A stretch of 64,000 bases of DNA, taken from contig DIDS01000014.1 in NCBI GenBank assembly GCA_002418265.1, positions 72,588 to 136,587 on the forward strand, read 5' to 3'. The DNA comes from Acidimicrobiia bacterium UBA5794 (GTDB lineage Bacteria; Actinomycetota; Acidimicrobiia; Spongiisociales; UBA5794). How positions within the stretch are numbered: position 1 is the first letter of the stretch; every line of letters starts with the position of its first letter. Shown here piece by piece: positions 1 to 9,676 of the stretch. A program made the position numbers and the translations under genes. The notes beneath the pieces are model-generated. The model ran no database searches and was not told the origin of the DNA. It saw only the letters and a program-made list of their open reading frames with translations.

Positions 1-156
1 GAACCGGTGTCCGCGTGTGTCGGTCACCCACATGACCGAGTCCTTGCCCTTGACCGCTTTCTCGAACGCGGTCGCGATCGAATCAGCGTCGTCCACGGTG
101 ATCTCGAGCTCTCTTGCTGAGGACAAACCGATGCGCACGGTTGTGATATCACTCAT
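1..156 (-). CDS. Partial small conserved protein (DUF3107-like), N-terminal part only, running off the window start
   Basis: Minus-strand reading gives MSDITTVRIGLSSARELEITVDDADSIATAFEKAVKGKDSVMWVTDTRGHRF..., which resembles the small actinobacterial DUF3107 family. A GGAGGA SD sits 6-7 nt upstream of the ATG. It is not in the ORF track because it is truncated by the window edge. Confidence 0.35.
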   Translation of the reverse strand, partial: MSDITTVRIGLSSARELEITVDDADSIATAFEKAVKGKDSVMWVTDTRGHRF

Positions 157-200
157 GTCTTTTCCTCCGGTCGATTTGTTGCATGGTCGTTTGTCGCTCG

Positions 201-1313
201 TCAGGAAATCACGAGTTCGGGATGGCTGCGAAGACGCGGCTTGCGAGCAACAAGCTCATCAGCGATCGCTGCAAATGCCTTGGTTGCTTCGCTATCGGGA
301 TCAGCGATGACAATGGGCTGACCGACGTCTCCGCCCTCGCGAAGCTCAGGGACAAACGGCACCTGTCCGAGAAATGGGACATCAAGATCCGATGCCAGCT
401 GCTCTCCCCCACCGGAGCCGAACAGCTCATACCTCGTACCATCATCTCCGGTGAACCACGACATGTTCTCAACGACACCGACGACTTCTTGGTTGACCTT
501 GGCTGCCATGAGCCCGGCCTTGACCGCGACACGTTGCGCAGCGGGCTGCGGTGTGGTCACGACGATGATCTCTGAGCGTGGCAGATACTGCGCAATCGAG
601 ATCGAAACATCGCCGGTCCCCGGCGGCATGTCGATGAGGAGGAAGTCGATGTCCCCCCAATAGACGTCGACGAGGAACTGCTCGAGAGCCTTGTGCAGCA
701 TGGGCCCCCTCCACACAACCGCCTGCTCGGGGTCGACGAAGAAGTCCATCGAGATCGTTGCAACACCGTGGGCGACCGGCGGGATCAGCATCTCCTCGAG
801 AACCGATGGGGCACGATCAACGCCCATCATTTTCGGTATCGAAAAGCCCCACACATCGGCGTCCATGATTCCGACGCTGTGGCCCTTCTCGGTGAGGGCA
901 AGAGCGAGGTTCACTGTTACCGAGGACTTACCGACGCCTCCCTTTCCCGATGCGATACCGATCACCCGGGTGCGTGAGCCTGGTCTTGCGAGCGCTATTT
1001 CACGCTCCCCGGAAGCCTGTCCGCGCATCTTGGAACCGAGAGCGGACCGCTCCTCTTCGGTCATGGCACGCATCTCCACCGAGATTTTCGATGCACCTGC
1101 ATTGGTGGCAGCAAGACGGATCCGGCTGAGGAGTTCTGTCTCCATCGGGTGGCCGCCAAGTGGCAGCGCAAGGCGAACGACGACCGGTCCTGTGTCTTCC
1201 TCGGCACTGGCCTGCTCGACGCTGTCGACCATGCCAAGGGAACCAATTGTCGATCGTAGTTCGGGGTCGACAACGGTCTCCACGGCTTCTCGAATGGGTG
1301 TTAGATCTGGCAT
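201..1313 (-). CDS. apbC: Fe-S cluster carrier ATPase Mrp/ApbC (NUBPL family) with N-terminal DUF59/MIP18 domain
   Basis: Walker A GKGGVGKSS, ParA/MinD-like deviant ATPase, CxxC-like motif, and N-terminal DUF59 (DPELRSTIGSLGMV). Start chosen at the second ATG (MPDLTPI...), which is preceded by a GGAG SD. Confidence 0.85.
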   Translation of the reverse strand: MPDLTPIREAVETVVDPELRSTIGSLGMVDSVEQASAEEDTGPVVVRLALPLGGHPMETELLSRIRLAATNAGASKISVEMRAMTEEERSALGSKMRGQASGEREIALARPGSRTRVIGIASGKGGVGKSSVTVNLALALTEKGHSVGIMDADVWGFSIPKMMGVDRAPSVLEEMLIPPVAHGVATISMDFFVDPEQAVVWRGPMLHKALEQFLVDVYWGDIDFLLIDMPPGTGDVSISIAQYLPRSEIIVVTTPQPAAQRVAVKAGLMAAKVNQEVVGVVENMSWFTGDDGTRYELFGSGGGEQLASDLDVPFLGQVPFVPELREGGDVGQPIVIADPDSEATKAFAAIADELVARKPRLRSHPELVIS

Positions 1314-1431
1314 TGGAATCTCCTGAAGTGCGTGCAAACGAGGCTAGTGGTCTGTCGCTCAGTCGATGTCATGGGGACCCGCGTCGGCGCGATCACCGCT
1401 TCGGACATACAATGGGGACGCGGAGGATGAC

Positions 1432-2097
1432 ATGGTTGACACAAGTTTCGATGAACAGATCGAAACCCTGACGGGCGCGCTCGGCGATGCGACCAGACGC
1501 GGGATCTATGTGATGATCCGCGAGTCGCACACGGCCGTTACCGCGAGCCAGATCGCCGCGAATTTCCAGATCCATCCCAACGTTGCTCGCCACCATCTGG
1601 ATCGTCTGGTGACTGATGGATTCATCCGAGTCTCGGATCGTCAGCAATCCAAGGCAACAGCCGGTCGACCTGCCAAGCACTACGAGGCGACAGACAAGGC
1701 TGTGTCGGTCCAGTACTCGTCGAGCAAATACGACGCCCTCGCCGAACTCCTCGTCGCAGTGATCGACCGTCTCGACGATGGAACAGCGGAAGAAATCGCC
1801 TCCTCGGTCGGCCACGACTACGGCGTACGGCTGGGTGCAGAGATCGGGGTTCCTGACGATGAGGGCTACGAGGTCGCGGCAATGGCGGTTGCGACATCAA
1901 TGATGAGGCAGGGGCTCGGTGCTTCGACCGTGGCATCTGAGAACCGCATCGTCGCTCGATTCTGTCCGCTTTCGGACCCCGATGCAGACGAGCCATCCGT
2001 GCTGCGGAGTCTTGACGAGGGGATCGTGCGGGGACTTCTCGAGAGCGCAGCCGCACGACCCGTCGTGGTCGAACTCGACCATCCATCAGCCTCATAA
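1432..2097 (+). CDS. Winged-helix (ArsR/MarR-like HTH) transcriptional regulator
   Basis: HTH-like segment RRGIYVMIRESHTAVTASQIAANFQIHPNVARHHLDRLVTDGFIRV. Start ATG at 1432 with a GGAGG SD 5 nt upstream. Confidence 0.55.
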   Translation: MVDTSFDEQIETLTGALGDATRRGIYVMIRESHTAVTASQIAANFQIHPNVARHHLDRLVTDGFIRVSDRQQSKATAGRPAKHYEATDKAVSVQYSSSKYDALAELLVAVIDRLDDGTAEEIASSVGHDYGVRLGAEIGVPDDEGYEVAAMAVATSMMRQGLGASTVASENRIVARFCPLSDPDADEPSVLRSLDEGIVRGLLESAAARPVVVELDHPSAS

Positions 2098-2489
2098 AAC
2101 CTGTTCCCCCTTCAGGGGGAACAGGCGAGTCTTCGAGCCATGGGTGCGTGCGAGCCTGCGAGCCCCGTCTCCCAGAGGGGAACAGGCGAGTCTCCGAGCC
2201 AAGGGACGGCCCCCCTGCGTCGCTAGCGCTCCGCGTCCCCCCGGCAGCCGGGGGGACGGGTAAGCACGCCAAGCCAAGGGGACGGGAAGAACCTCAACAC
2301 TGTTCCCCCTTCAGGGGGAACGGGCGAGTCTTCGAGCCATGGGGGCGTGCGAGCCTGCGAGCCCCGTCTCCCAGACGTCAGACGTCAGAAGCCCCCCTGC
2401 ACCTCGCTGCGCTCGGCGCGTCCCCCCGCAAGCGGGAGGACGGGAAGAAGAGCCCAACCCTGTTCCCCCTTCAGGGGGACGGTGTGGGC
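2098..2489. repeat. Roughly 200-bp unit tandemly duplicated (about 2.2 copies), carrying three perfect hairpins (CTGTTCCCCC-TTCA-GGGGGAACAG) and two copies of a GC-rich hairpin module; fills the convergent gap between the regulator and acnA
   Basis: Direct repeats at about 2103-2176 and about 2301-2376, with a third hairpin at about 2461-2484. Module variants lie at about 2211-2268 and 2391-2450. No coding potential. Confidence 0.8.
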
Positions 2490-5161
2490 TATTCGGCCAT
2501 TTGGCGGAGGACCATGTGGAGGATGCCGCCGTGGCGGAGGTAGTCGACCTCGATTGGGGTATCGCAGCGCGCTGTAGCGACGAACTCAATGACCGTTCCA
2601 TCTGGCTTGGTCGCGGTCACCGTGATCTCCTGGCGAGGTACCAGCGAATCATCCACGGCGATATCGAAGGTCTCGGTGCCGTCCAGACCGAGGGAATCGG
2701 CGCTCTCGCCTTCGGCAAAAGCCAACGGAAGCACACCCATCATCACGAGGTTGGATCGGTGAATCCGTTCATAGCTCTCAGCAATGACTGCCTTCACACC
2801 GAGGAGAAACGTTCCCTTGGCAGCCCAGTCGCGCGATGATCCCATGCCGTAGTCGACACCGGCGAGCACCACCAGCGGTGTTTGAGCCTCGGCATAGTTG
2901 ATGCTGGCGTCGTACACGGAACGGACCTCACCGTCGGTGAAGTCTGTGGTCCATCCTCCCTCGGTTCCGGGAGCGAGTTGGTTACGAACTCTGATGTTTG
3001 CGAATGTGCCTCGTGTCATGACGCGGTCGTTGCCGCGGCGCGATCCATACGAGTTGAACAGCCGTTGTTCGACTCCAGCATCGGTGAGGAACCGACCCGC
3101 TGGCGTGTCGAGGCCAATCGTTCCCGCGGGGCTGATGTGATCGGTCGTGATCGAATCACCAAGCTTGAGGAGAACCCTGGCTCCGGTGATCGGAAGGATC
3201 GGCACCGGATCCGGGCTGAGATCCTTGAAGAACGGCGGCTCCTGGATGTAGGTCGATTCGGGCTGCCAATCAAACAGTGCTCCACCGGTGACAGGGATCG
3301 CCCGCCATTGCGGAGATCCCTGAAAAACGGCCCCGTATTCGCGGGTGAATTGCTCAGTCTTGAGTGAGTCTTGGATCGTTGAGGCGATTTCTTCTTGCGC
3401 TGGCCAAATATCTCGCAGGTACACATCTTGACCGTGGTCATCGGTGCCGATGGGTTCGGTCGACAGGTCGATATCGACCGTTCCTGCAATGGCATACGCC
3501 ACAACGAGCGGTGGACTTGCCAGGTAGTTAGCCCGTACGTCGGGGCTGATACGTCCCTCGAAGTTTCGGTTTCCCGACAGAACCGAAACCGCCACAATGT
3601 CGTTGTCGTGGACCGCCTTGCTGATGGCCGGTGGAAGCGGACCCGAGTTGCCGATACAGGTCGTGCAACCATATCCGACGGTATAAAAGCCGAGGGCTTC
3701 GAGATCCTCCATCAAGCCCGACTTCGTGAGGTATTCGGTCACGACTTTCGAACCCGGTGCCAACGACGTCTTCACCCACGGTTTGCGGTGGAGGCCCCTC
3801 TCGCGAGCCTTTCGGGCAACGAGTCCCGCGCCAACCATGACCTCGGGGTTTGATGTGTTGGTGCAGGAGGTGATCGCAGCGATCACCACATCGCCGTCGG
3901 AGAGATCAAAGGTCGCACCCTCGCTCTCAACTCCGGTCGCCACACGGGGACCACCACCATCGGGGCGGAGCTGGCCATCAATGTCGACGTGCCACTGCTG
4001 TTTCATCCGTGTCAATTCGATCCGATCCTGCGGACGCTTGGGACCAGCGAGAGACGCCACGACCGTCGACATGTCGAGTTCGAGGCTCGAGCTGTAGGTG
4101 ATCTCACGAGAGTCCTCACGCCACATGCCCTGCATCTTGTAGTACTGCTCAACGGTCGCAATGAGTTCCTCTGACCGTCCTGACAAACGCATGTAGTCGA
4201 GCGTGCGTTCATCAACAGGGAAGAACCCGATCGTGGCGCCATACTCGGGTGCCATGTTCGCAATGGTTGCTCGATTCGCAACGGGCATCTCCGACAGACC
4301 AGGCCCGTAGAACTCGACGAACTTCCCGACCACACCGTGGGCGCGAAGCATCTCGGTGACAACGAGGACCAAGTCGGTCGCTGTCGTTCCATCGGGTAGG
4401 GCTCCCGTCAGTTTGAACCCGACCACTTCCGGAAGCAGCATGTAGATCGGCTGACCAACCATCACCGCTTCAGCTTCGATCCCCCCGACTCCCCATCCCA
4501 CGACACCAAGACCGTTGATCATGGTTGTGTGGCTGTCTGTTCCGACGAGTGAATCCGGGTACAGGGTTCCATTGCTGTCCCACACAACCTTGGCAAGGTA
4601 TTCGAGGTTGACCTGATGAACAATGCCGGTGGCTGGGGGAACAACCGAGAAGTTGTCGAATGCCGATTGTCCCCACTTGAGGAACTCGTAACGTTCACGG
4701 TTTCGTTCGAACTCGAGGTCAGAGTTGATACCGAGTGCATCAGGGGTGTTGAAGGCATCGACCTGGACCGAATGGTCTATCACCAGATCAACAGGCACCA
4801 GAGGGTTGACTTTGTCCGCAGCCGATTCGTCGCCAGTCATCTGAACGATTGCAGAGCGCATTGCAGCGAGATCCACGACGGATGGGACACCTGTGAAGTC
4901 CTGAAGGACGACTCGTCCAGGCTTGAAGGCGATCTCGTTGATCCCAACCTTCGAGGCGTCATATTGGGCAACTGCGGTGACGTCTTCATCACGAACCACG
5001 CGTCCGTCGTGGTTGCGAAGAACGGATTCGAGCAGCACCTTGATCGAGTACGGCAGGGCATCGATATCGCCCATGTCCTTGAGTGCATCGAGGCGATAGA
5101 TGGTTCGCTCACCGAGTGGTGTGTCGATGGTTGCTTTGGCTGAAAAAGGGTCGTGGCTCAC
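2489..5161 (-). CDS. acnA: Aconitate hydratase A
   Basis: About 890-aa aconitase with typical motifs ([20 protein letters not shown], Fe-S ligand region CTNTSNP). Start GTG at 5161 (VSHDPFSAK...) with a GGAAGAGGA SD. Confidence 0.9.
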   Translation of the reverse strand: MSHDPFSAKATIDTPLGERTIYRLDALKDMGDIDALPYSIKVLLESVLRNHDGRVVRDEDVTAVAQYDASKVGINEIAFKPGRVVLQDFTGVPSVVDLAAMRSAIVQMTGDESAADKVNPLVPVDLVIDHSVQVDAFNTPDALGINSDLEFERNRERYEFLKWGQSAFDNFSVVPPATGIVHQVNLEYLAKVVWDSNGTLYPDSLVGTDSHTTMINGLGVVGWGVGGIEAEAVMVGQPIYMLLPEVVGFKLTGALPDGTTATDLVLVVTEMLRAHGVVGKFVEFYGPGLSEMPVANRATIANMAPEYGATIGFFPVDERTLDYMRLSGRSEELIATVEQYYKMQGMWREDSREITYSSSLELDMSTVVASLAGPKRPQDRIELTRMKQQWHVDIDGQLRPDGGGPRVATGVESEGATFDLSDGDVVIAAITSCTNTSNPEVMVGAGLVARKARERGLHRKPWVKTSLAPGSKVVTEYLTKSGLMEDLEALGFYTVGYGCTTCIGNSGPLPPAISKAVHDNDIVAVSVLSGNRNFEGRISPDVRANYLASPPLVVAYAIAGTVDIDLSTEPIGTDDHGQDVYLRDIWPAQEEIASTIQDSLKTEQFTREYGAVFQGSPQWRAIPVTGGALFDWQPESTYIQEPPFFKDLSPDPVPILPITGARVLLKLGDSITTDHISPAGTIGLDTPAGRFLTDAGVEQRLFNSYGSRRGNDRVMTRGTFANIRVRNQLAPGTEGGWTTDFTDGEVRSVYDASINYAEAQTPLVVLAGVDYGMGSSRDWAAKGTFLLGVKAVIAESYERIHRSNLVMMGVLPLAFAEGESADSLGLDGTETFDIAVDDSLVPRQEITVTATKPDGTVIEFVATARCDTPIEVDYLRHGGILHMVLRQMAE

Positions 5162-5358
5162 TGTGTCCTCTTCCGGTTGTGTGTGCGGTGTGTGTTCAGC
5201 TTGTAAGACTAGGGGGCACTTGCGGACGAATTTGGGGGACAAGAAAACGCGATGTTTCGTCTTTCGCGAACTCTTGTGAACTTCCTTTCGACCTGGGGTT
5301 CGAAACAACGCAGGGCAAGTTGGTTTCCACCTATCCGGAGAGCGGTCCTACCGTTGCA

Positions 5359-5871
5359 ATGATGAGAGCTCGATCAATCCGGACCCTGCTGCTGCTCGCC
5401 GCTGTGGTTGTGATCGTGTCGGCATGCAACTCAAGTGTTGCTGACGAAACCAGCGATCTTGAGCTTGCTCCGGATTTCGTGGTACCTACGGCTGACGGCG
5501 GAATGTTCAGCGTTGACGATCACATCGCAACGGATGGTCGACCGATTTTCTTGAACCTGTGGGCATCGTGGTGCTTCCCGTGTAGGGAGGAGATGCCTGC
5601 AATCGATGAGGCATCAAAGCTCAATCCGGATGTCGCTTTTATCGGCGTTTCCGTCCAGGACAGGACTGCAGATGCGATCTCGTTCCTTGACGAAGTCCAG
5701 GTGTCGTACACGATTGGGTTCGATGAGGACGGGACCGTCGACGGCGAGTATCAACCACTCGGACTCCCGGCCTCGTACATCATCTCAAGTGAGGGCGTGA
5801 TCCTTGAACGGATCTTCGGAAAAGTCACCGTTGACGACATTGCAGAGAAGTTCTCAAACCACTTCGGGTAA
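5359..5871 (+). CDS. TlpA/ResA-like thiol-disulfide oxidoreductase (thioredoxin fold), lipoprotein
   Basis: Lipobox VIVSAC, redox motif WCFPC, and redoxin fold. Start MMRARS at 5359. Confidence 0.75.
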   Translation: MMRARSIRTLLLLAAVVVIVSACNSSVADETSDLELAPDFVVPTADGGMFSVDDHIATDGRPIFLNLWASWCFPCREEMPAIDEASKLNPDVAFIGVSVQDRTADAISFLDEVQVSYTIGFDEDGTVDGEYQPLGLPASYIISSEGVILERIFGKVTVDDIAEKFSNHFG

Positions 5872-5911
5872 TCGCTGACATCGGACGAGCGCGTCACCTC
5901 GTTGCGGTAGC

Positions 5912-6631
5912 GTGGTGAGTTCGAACGACAGGTGGGACCACGTGACAACGAAGGCGCGACCGACATGGAAGGATGGACTGCGAGATGTCTCCCCCGTCAT
6001 CATCGGTCTCGCCCCGTTTGGACTGATATTCGGGGTCACCGCCGCGGCCGCTGATGTGGACCAACTCGCTGCATGGGCATCTTCCTTCATCGTATTCGCC
6101 GGAGCGAGCCAGCTTGCGATTGTGGAGGTCATGGGCACCGGTGGTGCCGCGATCACTGCGCTGTTCACGGCCATCGTCATCAACTCGCGACACCTCATGT
6201 ACTCAGCAGATATGGGGAGATACACATCGGATCTGCCGATCGGGCTCCGGGCACGGATGGCCTACATCCTGACTGATCAGGCGTATGCCGTTACGGGCAC
6301 ACGGTTCCCCGATCCAAACCACACCGAAGGATTGCCTTCGTACTACTTCGGTGTTGCCCTCGGACTTTGGACGACGTGGCAGATCACAACGACGGCGGGG
6401 TTCCTTCTTGGACAAGCCATCCCTCCCGAATGGAGACTTGAATTCGCGGTCCCCATGGTGTTCCTTGCGCTGCTCGTCTTCTCCGTCAAATCAATTCCAG
6501 GCGTCCTTGCCGCCGTCGTCGGAGGAACTGTTGCGCTCGCAACGATGCATCTGGACTATCAACTTGGCCTTATGTGTGGCGCGGCAGCGGGTGTCCTCGC
6601 TGGCCTGATGTCGGAGCGTTGGTTCGTATGA
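5912..6631 (+). CDS. azlC: AzlC-family branched-chain amino acid exporter subunit
   Basis: Multi-TM protein with AzlC-like motifs (GLAPFGLIFGV..., NSRHLMYS). Confidence 0.7.
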   Translation: MVSSNDRWDHVTTKARPTWKDGLRDVSPVIIGLAPFGLIFGVTAAAADVDQLAAWASSFIVFAGASQLAIVEVMGTGGAAITALFTAIVINSRHLMYSADMGRYTSDLPIGLRARMAYILTDQAYAVTGTRFPDPNHTEGLPSYYFGVALGLWTTWQITTTAGFLLGQAIPPEWRLEFAVPMVFLALLVFSVKSIPGVLAAVVGGTVALATMHLDYQLGLMCGAAAGVLAGLMSERWFV

Positions 6632-6936
6632 CGATGTGGATCGTCGTCGTGCTCGCGGGCATCGCAACGTTTTCGATGCGGTTCGCCTTCATCGCGCTGT
6701 TTGGTCTCGTTGCTGTTCCCCCACTCCTCGAACGGGCCCTTCGCTATGTCGCCCCGGCAGTGTTGGCGGCACTCACGGTGCCGGCAATCATGGCACCCGA
6801 CAACGCCCTGGATCTGACCAACCCGTTCGTTCCTGCGGCAGTCATTGGCGGACTCGCTGCTTGGTTCACGAAGAGCATCGGTGCAGCGATCATCGTCGGG
6901 CTCCCTGCGCTTTGGCTGATCCTCTGGCTGACGTAG
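6628..6936 (+). CDS. azlD: AzlD-family small membrane protein, partner of AzlC
   Basis: About 100-aa hydrophobic protein immediately downstream with an ATGA overlap. Start at MTMWIVVV. Confidence 0.65.
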   Translation: MTMWIVVVLAGIATFSMRFAFIALFGLVAVPPLLERALRYVAPAVLAALTVPAIMAPDNALDLTNPFVPAAVIGGLAAWFTKSIGAAIIVGLPALWLILWLT

Positions 6937-6950
6937 TGCAAGAACACCGG

Positions 6951-7718
6951 TCAGCGGTGTTTCCATTGGGGGGTGCGCTTGGTGAGGAAGGCATCGACAC
7001 CCTCTGATGCGTCTTCGGTCATCGCTATTGCCGTCAGCCCAACGTGGAGGTGATCGAGTGCCGTATCGAAATCCATGTCGGCGGCGGCGTAGAAGGCCTC
7101 TTTCCCGAGGGCGAGCGCTGCAGAAGACTTGGACTTGAGGACCTCAACGACGGCGTCCACCTCGGCATCGAGCCTGTCGTCGGGCACCACGCGTGACACG
7201 ATGCCAAGTTCAACGGCTTCCTCGGCACTCACGATCCCACCCGTCAGCATCATCTCCAGAAGCGCCTTTTGGGGGACGATCGGTATCAGGACCGCCGAGA
7301 TCATCATCGGCCACAGTCCGAGGTCGATCTCGGGTGTACCGAACCTGGCACTCTCGGACGCGATGACGATGTCGCAGGCAGCTGCAACACCGAAACCGCC
7401 CCCGAGCGCGACTCCATTGATTCTGCCAACAATCGGTCTCGGATTGCGTCGCATCGCGCGAAATAGATCAGCGAGGGCACCGCGCTCTTGGTGATCCGAA
7501 AGGGGATCGTCGACGAACCCAGCATGGAGGTCGCCCCCGGCCGAGAAGGCACGGTCGCCTGCTCCTGTCATGACGACGACCTGCACCGAGGGATCCACAC
7601 CGGAACGGACGACGGCATCCGACAGCGAAATCATCTCTGCAATCGACAGTGGGTTGCGTCTCTCGGGATCGTCGATGGTGATCGTCGCAACACCATCGAC
7701 GACCTCATATCTGATCAC
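6951..7718 (-). CDS. Enoyl-CoA hydratase/isomerase (crotonase family)
   Basis: Crotonase motifs (VVMTGAGDRAFSAGGDL, GGGFGVAAACDIVIAS). Start likely GTG at 7718 (VIRYEVVDGVATITID), which has an AAGGAG SD 5 nt upstream. Confidence 0.8.
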   Translation of the reverse strand: MIRYEVVDGVATITIDDPERRNPLSIAEMISLSDAVVRSGVDPSVQVVVMTGAGDRAFSAGGDLHAGFVDDPLSDHQERGALADLFRAMRRNPRPIVGRINGVALGGGFGVAAACDIVIASESARFGTPEIDLGLWPMMISAVLIPIVPQKALLEMMLTGGIVSAEEAVELGIVSRVVPDDRLDAEVDAVVEVLKSKSSAALALGKEAFYAAADMDFDTALDHLHVGLTAIAMTEDASEGVDAFLTKRTPQWKHR

Positions 7719-7783
7719 ATTCGCTCCTTGGCTCGCCGTGCACAGCACGCTAGTCATTCATCGTCGGATCGAAGCGATGCAGA

Positions 7784-7812
7784 TGTCAGACGTCAGACGT
7801 CAGACGTCAGAT
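7784..7812. repeat. Heptamer tandem array (GTCAGAC)x4
   Basis: cagatgtcagacgtcagacgtcagacgtcagatc. Confidence 0.8.
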
Positions 7813-8372
7813 CACGAGTGTGTTGCTGAACCGGCGACGCCTTGAGCGCCGTGCGAGAAGAGGCTCGGTGGTTGTCGTATCTGGTCTTCGAGGAAGACGC
7901 CGATACCGATCGCCAGGAACACATCCCCGAGTGACAGCACAGCAGACGGCAGTGGGATCACATCCGCGAGAAACGGCAGCCGGGTCCCATTCGTGAGCAG
8001 TACGTGCTTGGCGTCAAGGGCCAGATCACCGGTATTCCCTGCGATCCCGGCCGCTTCGAGCAGCACCGGCATCCCACCGTTGAGGGCGATGACCGTGAAG
8101 TTCATGAGTATTCCGAGCCCGGCGAGCCAAAGGCCCGGCAGGTCACGGTTGAGCCAGATGAACAGGAGAAGCGGCAGATAGGAGATGAGCACAAGCGAGA
8201 CAGCGAGTTCGTTCTGGTCGGAGGAGACCCAACCCGATCCTGCAAGGATGATGAACCCGAGCGGAAGTAGCCACCACATGGTGACTCTGATCTCTGTCAG
8301 GTTTCGGAGCTTCCCTCCTCGCAGATACCCGACAGCGATCGATACGACCAATACGAGCGCCATCCACTGCAT
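7812..8372 (-). CDS. Polytopic membrane protein of unknown function
   Basis: 186-aa hydrophobic ORF with 5-6 predicted TM helices; no recognisable motif. Confidence 0.5.
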   Translation of the reverse strand: MQWMALVLVVSIAVGYLRGGKLRNLTEIRVTMWWLLPLGFIILAGSGWVSSDQNELAVSLVLISYLPLLLFIWLNRDLPGLWLAGLGILMNFTVIALNGGMPVLLEAAGIAGNTGDLALDAKHVLLTNGTRLPFLADVIPLPSAVLSLGDVFLAIGIGVFLEDQIRQPPSLFSHGAQGVAGSATHS

Positions 8373-8416
8373 GGCTTCACGTTAGCCGTGGCATCACGTT
8401 CGGTACTGAACGCCTT

Positions 8417-8439
8417 AGTCTGACGTCGGACGTCTGACT
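8417..8439. repeat. Palindromic heptamer element (TCTGACG/GACGTCT) containing the stop codon of the upstream HD-domain gene
   Basis: agtctgacgtcggacgtctgactag. Confidence 0.7.
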
Positions 8440-9676
8440 AGAAGGTGATTTCGCCCCGGAAGACGAGAACGCGGCGGAGGGACGATCCGATGTGTGGATC
8501 GTATTCGTAGGCAGAACCCTGGTGGATGCGTTCGAGAGACTCGATCGGCGAGAGTCCCATCTCGATTCGTGCATCGTCGTATGCGCTTGCAACCTTGATG
8601 ATCTTGGAAGCGATCGGGACGTCAGGATCCATCGCGACCCCCGGTGAACGGTATGGGCGATGCTGCTGAGCAACGAGGGTTGACACGTGCTCAAGGTACG
8701 GTGCCTCTGCGATGATCTGTGAGCCCCATCGAGCAATGTCCTCATCGGTGTAGCCAGCCTTGACGATCGCAGGCTCATTCAACGTGATGCGACCGACATC
8801 GTGCATCAACGCGGCGTACTCAAGCTCCATCACCTCATTGGGGTGAAGCCCCATCTCCTGTGCAATGGCTATCGCCAGATCAGCGGTTCTTGTTGAATGA
8901 CCCGACGGAGCAAGGCCCGCGACCTCGGGAATCTGGGCGAGAGCGCGAATCGTCTGTCCATAGGTGACGCGCGTTGAGTGGTACCGCTCGAAGGCGAGAT
9001 GACCGAAGGCATACGGCAGGATCGCAACGGCGAAGGCCCACGCCCCCATGAGGGGCCACGTGAGACCAAACAGAGCACCAGCCGCGAAGATGGAGACAAC
9101 GACGGCCCAATCCTCAAGAGCGAGGAGCCATAGGTACCGCCCCGCGAGATCACTCCGTTCCAGGCCCACGAGTGCTGCCACGAGTGCCCTGATGACAAAC
9201 CACACCGTCCCAGCCACGGCAACGCTTGCAACGATCGTCCACGACGGATCGAGTGTGAGTTGGACATCAAATGCCTCGAACACGAATCGATAGGAGAATG
9301 CGTAGGCAGCCATCCCGATGGCATCCGTTAGAAAATCGCCGTCGGATCGGCTGGTCGTCATCGAAAGGCCACGCTCGACCAACCCAGTGGCCGCCAGACC
9401 AAGACAGATGGCTGCGCCGAGCGCAGCATGGTCGGGCACGAGGATTGCGGCACCAACCGCTGCCCCGATGCCGAGACTCAGATGTGACCCCGACGGGGCC
9501 GGAACCGTGATGATCGACACGACGGTGATCGCCGTGGCCCACACCAAGACCGGTAAGAACCAATCGATGAAGCCCACAGCTGTCTGACTCACACCGGAGA
9601 TCGTGAAAGCTGCGGCGCCAACCAGCAATCCAGTCCACGCCGCGAAGGTCAGCGTTCGGAGTCTGAGCTCAGCCAC
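8438..9676 (-). CDS. Membrane-anchored HD-domain protein, HD-GYP-like with degenerate GYP motif
   Basis: About 250-aa polytopic N-terminal domain. HD domain has HDVGRITL but QQHRPYRSPG in place of HHExxDGxGYP. GTG start overlaps the stop of the upstream paralog by 8 nt. Confidence 0.65.
   Translation of the reverse strand: MAELRLRTLTFAAWTGLLVGAAAFTISGVSQTAVGFIDWFLPVLVWATAITVVSIITVPAPSGSHLSLGIGAAVGAAILVPDHAALGAAICLGLAATGLVERGLSMTTSRSDGDFLTDAIGMAAYAFSYRFVFEAFDVQLTLDPSWTIVASVAVAGTVWFVIRALVAALVGLERSDLAGRYLWLLALEDWAVVVSIFAAGALFGLTWPLMGAWAFAVAILPYAFGHLAFERYHSTRVTYGQTIRALAQIPEVAGLAPSGHSTRTADLAIAIAQEMGLHPNEVMELEYAALMHDVGRITLNEPAIVKAGYTDEDIARWGSQIIAEAPYLEHVSTLVAQQHRPYRSPGVAMDPDVPIASKIIKVASAYDDARIEMGLSPIESLERIHQGSAYEYDPHIGSSLRRVLVFRGEITF

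Noticed and set aside
2148-2839. ORFs 2148..2543, 2339..2839, 2347..2577 and 2311..2601 across the repeat block
   Set aside because: They are composed of the tandem repeat/hairpin sequence, have near-identical internal repeats and lack start signals. The region is non-coding repeat DNA.
5290-5325. tRNA-like T-arm motif (GGGGTTCGAAAC) in the acnA/tlpA divergent region
   Set aside because: Flanking sequence cannot form the T-stem or the rest of a cloverleaf. No tRNA or rRNA genes are detectable anywhere in the window.
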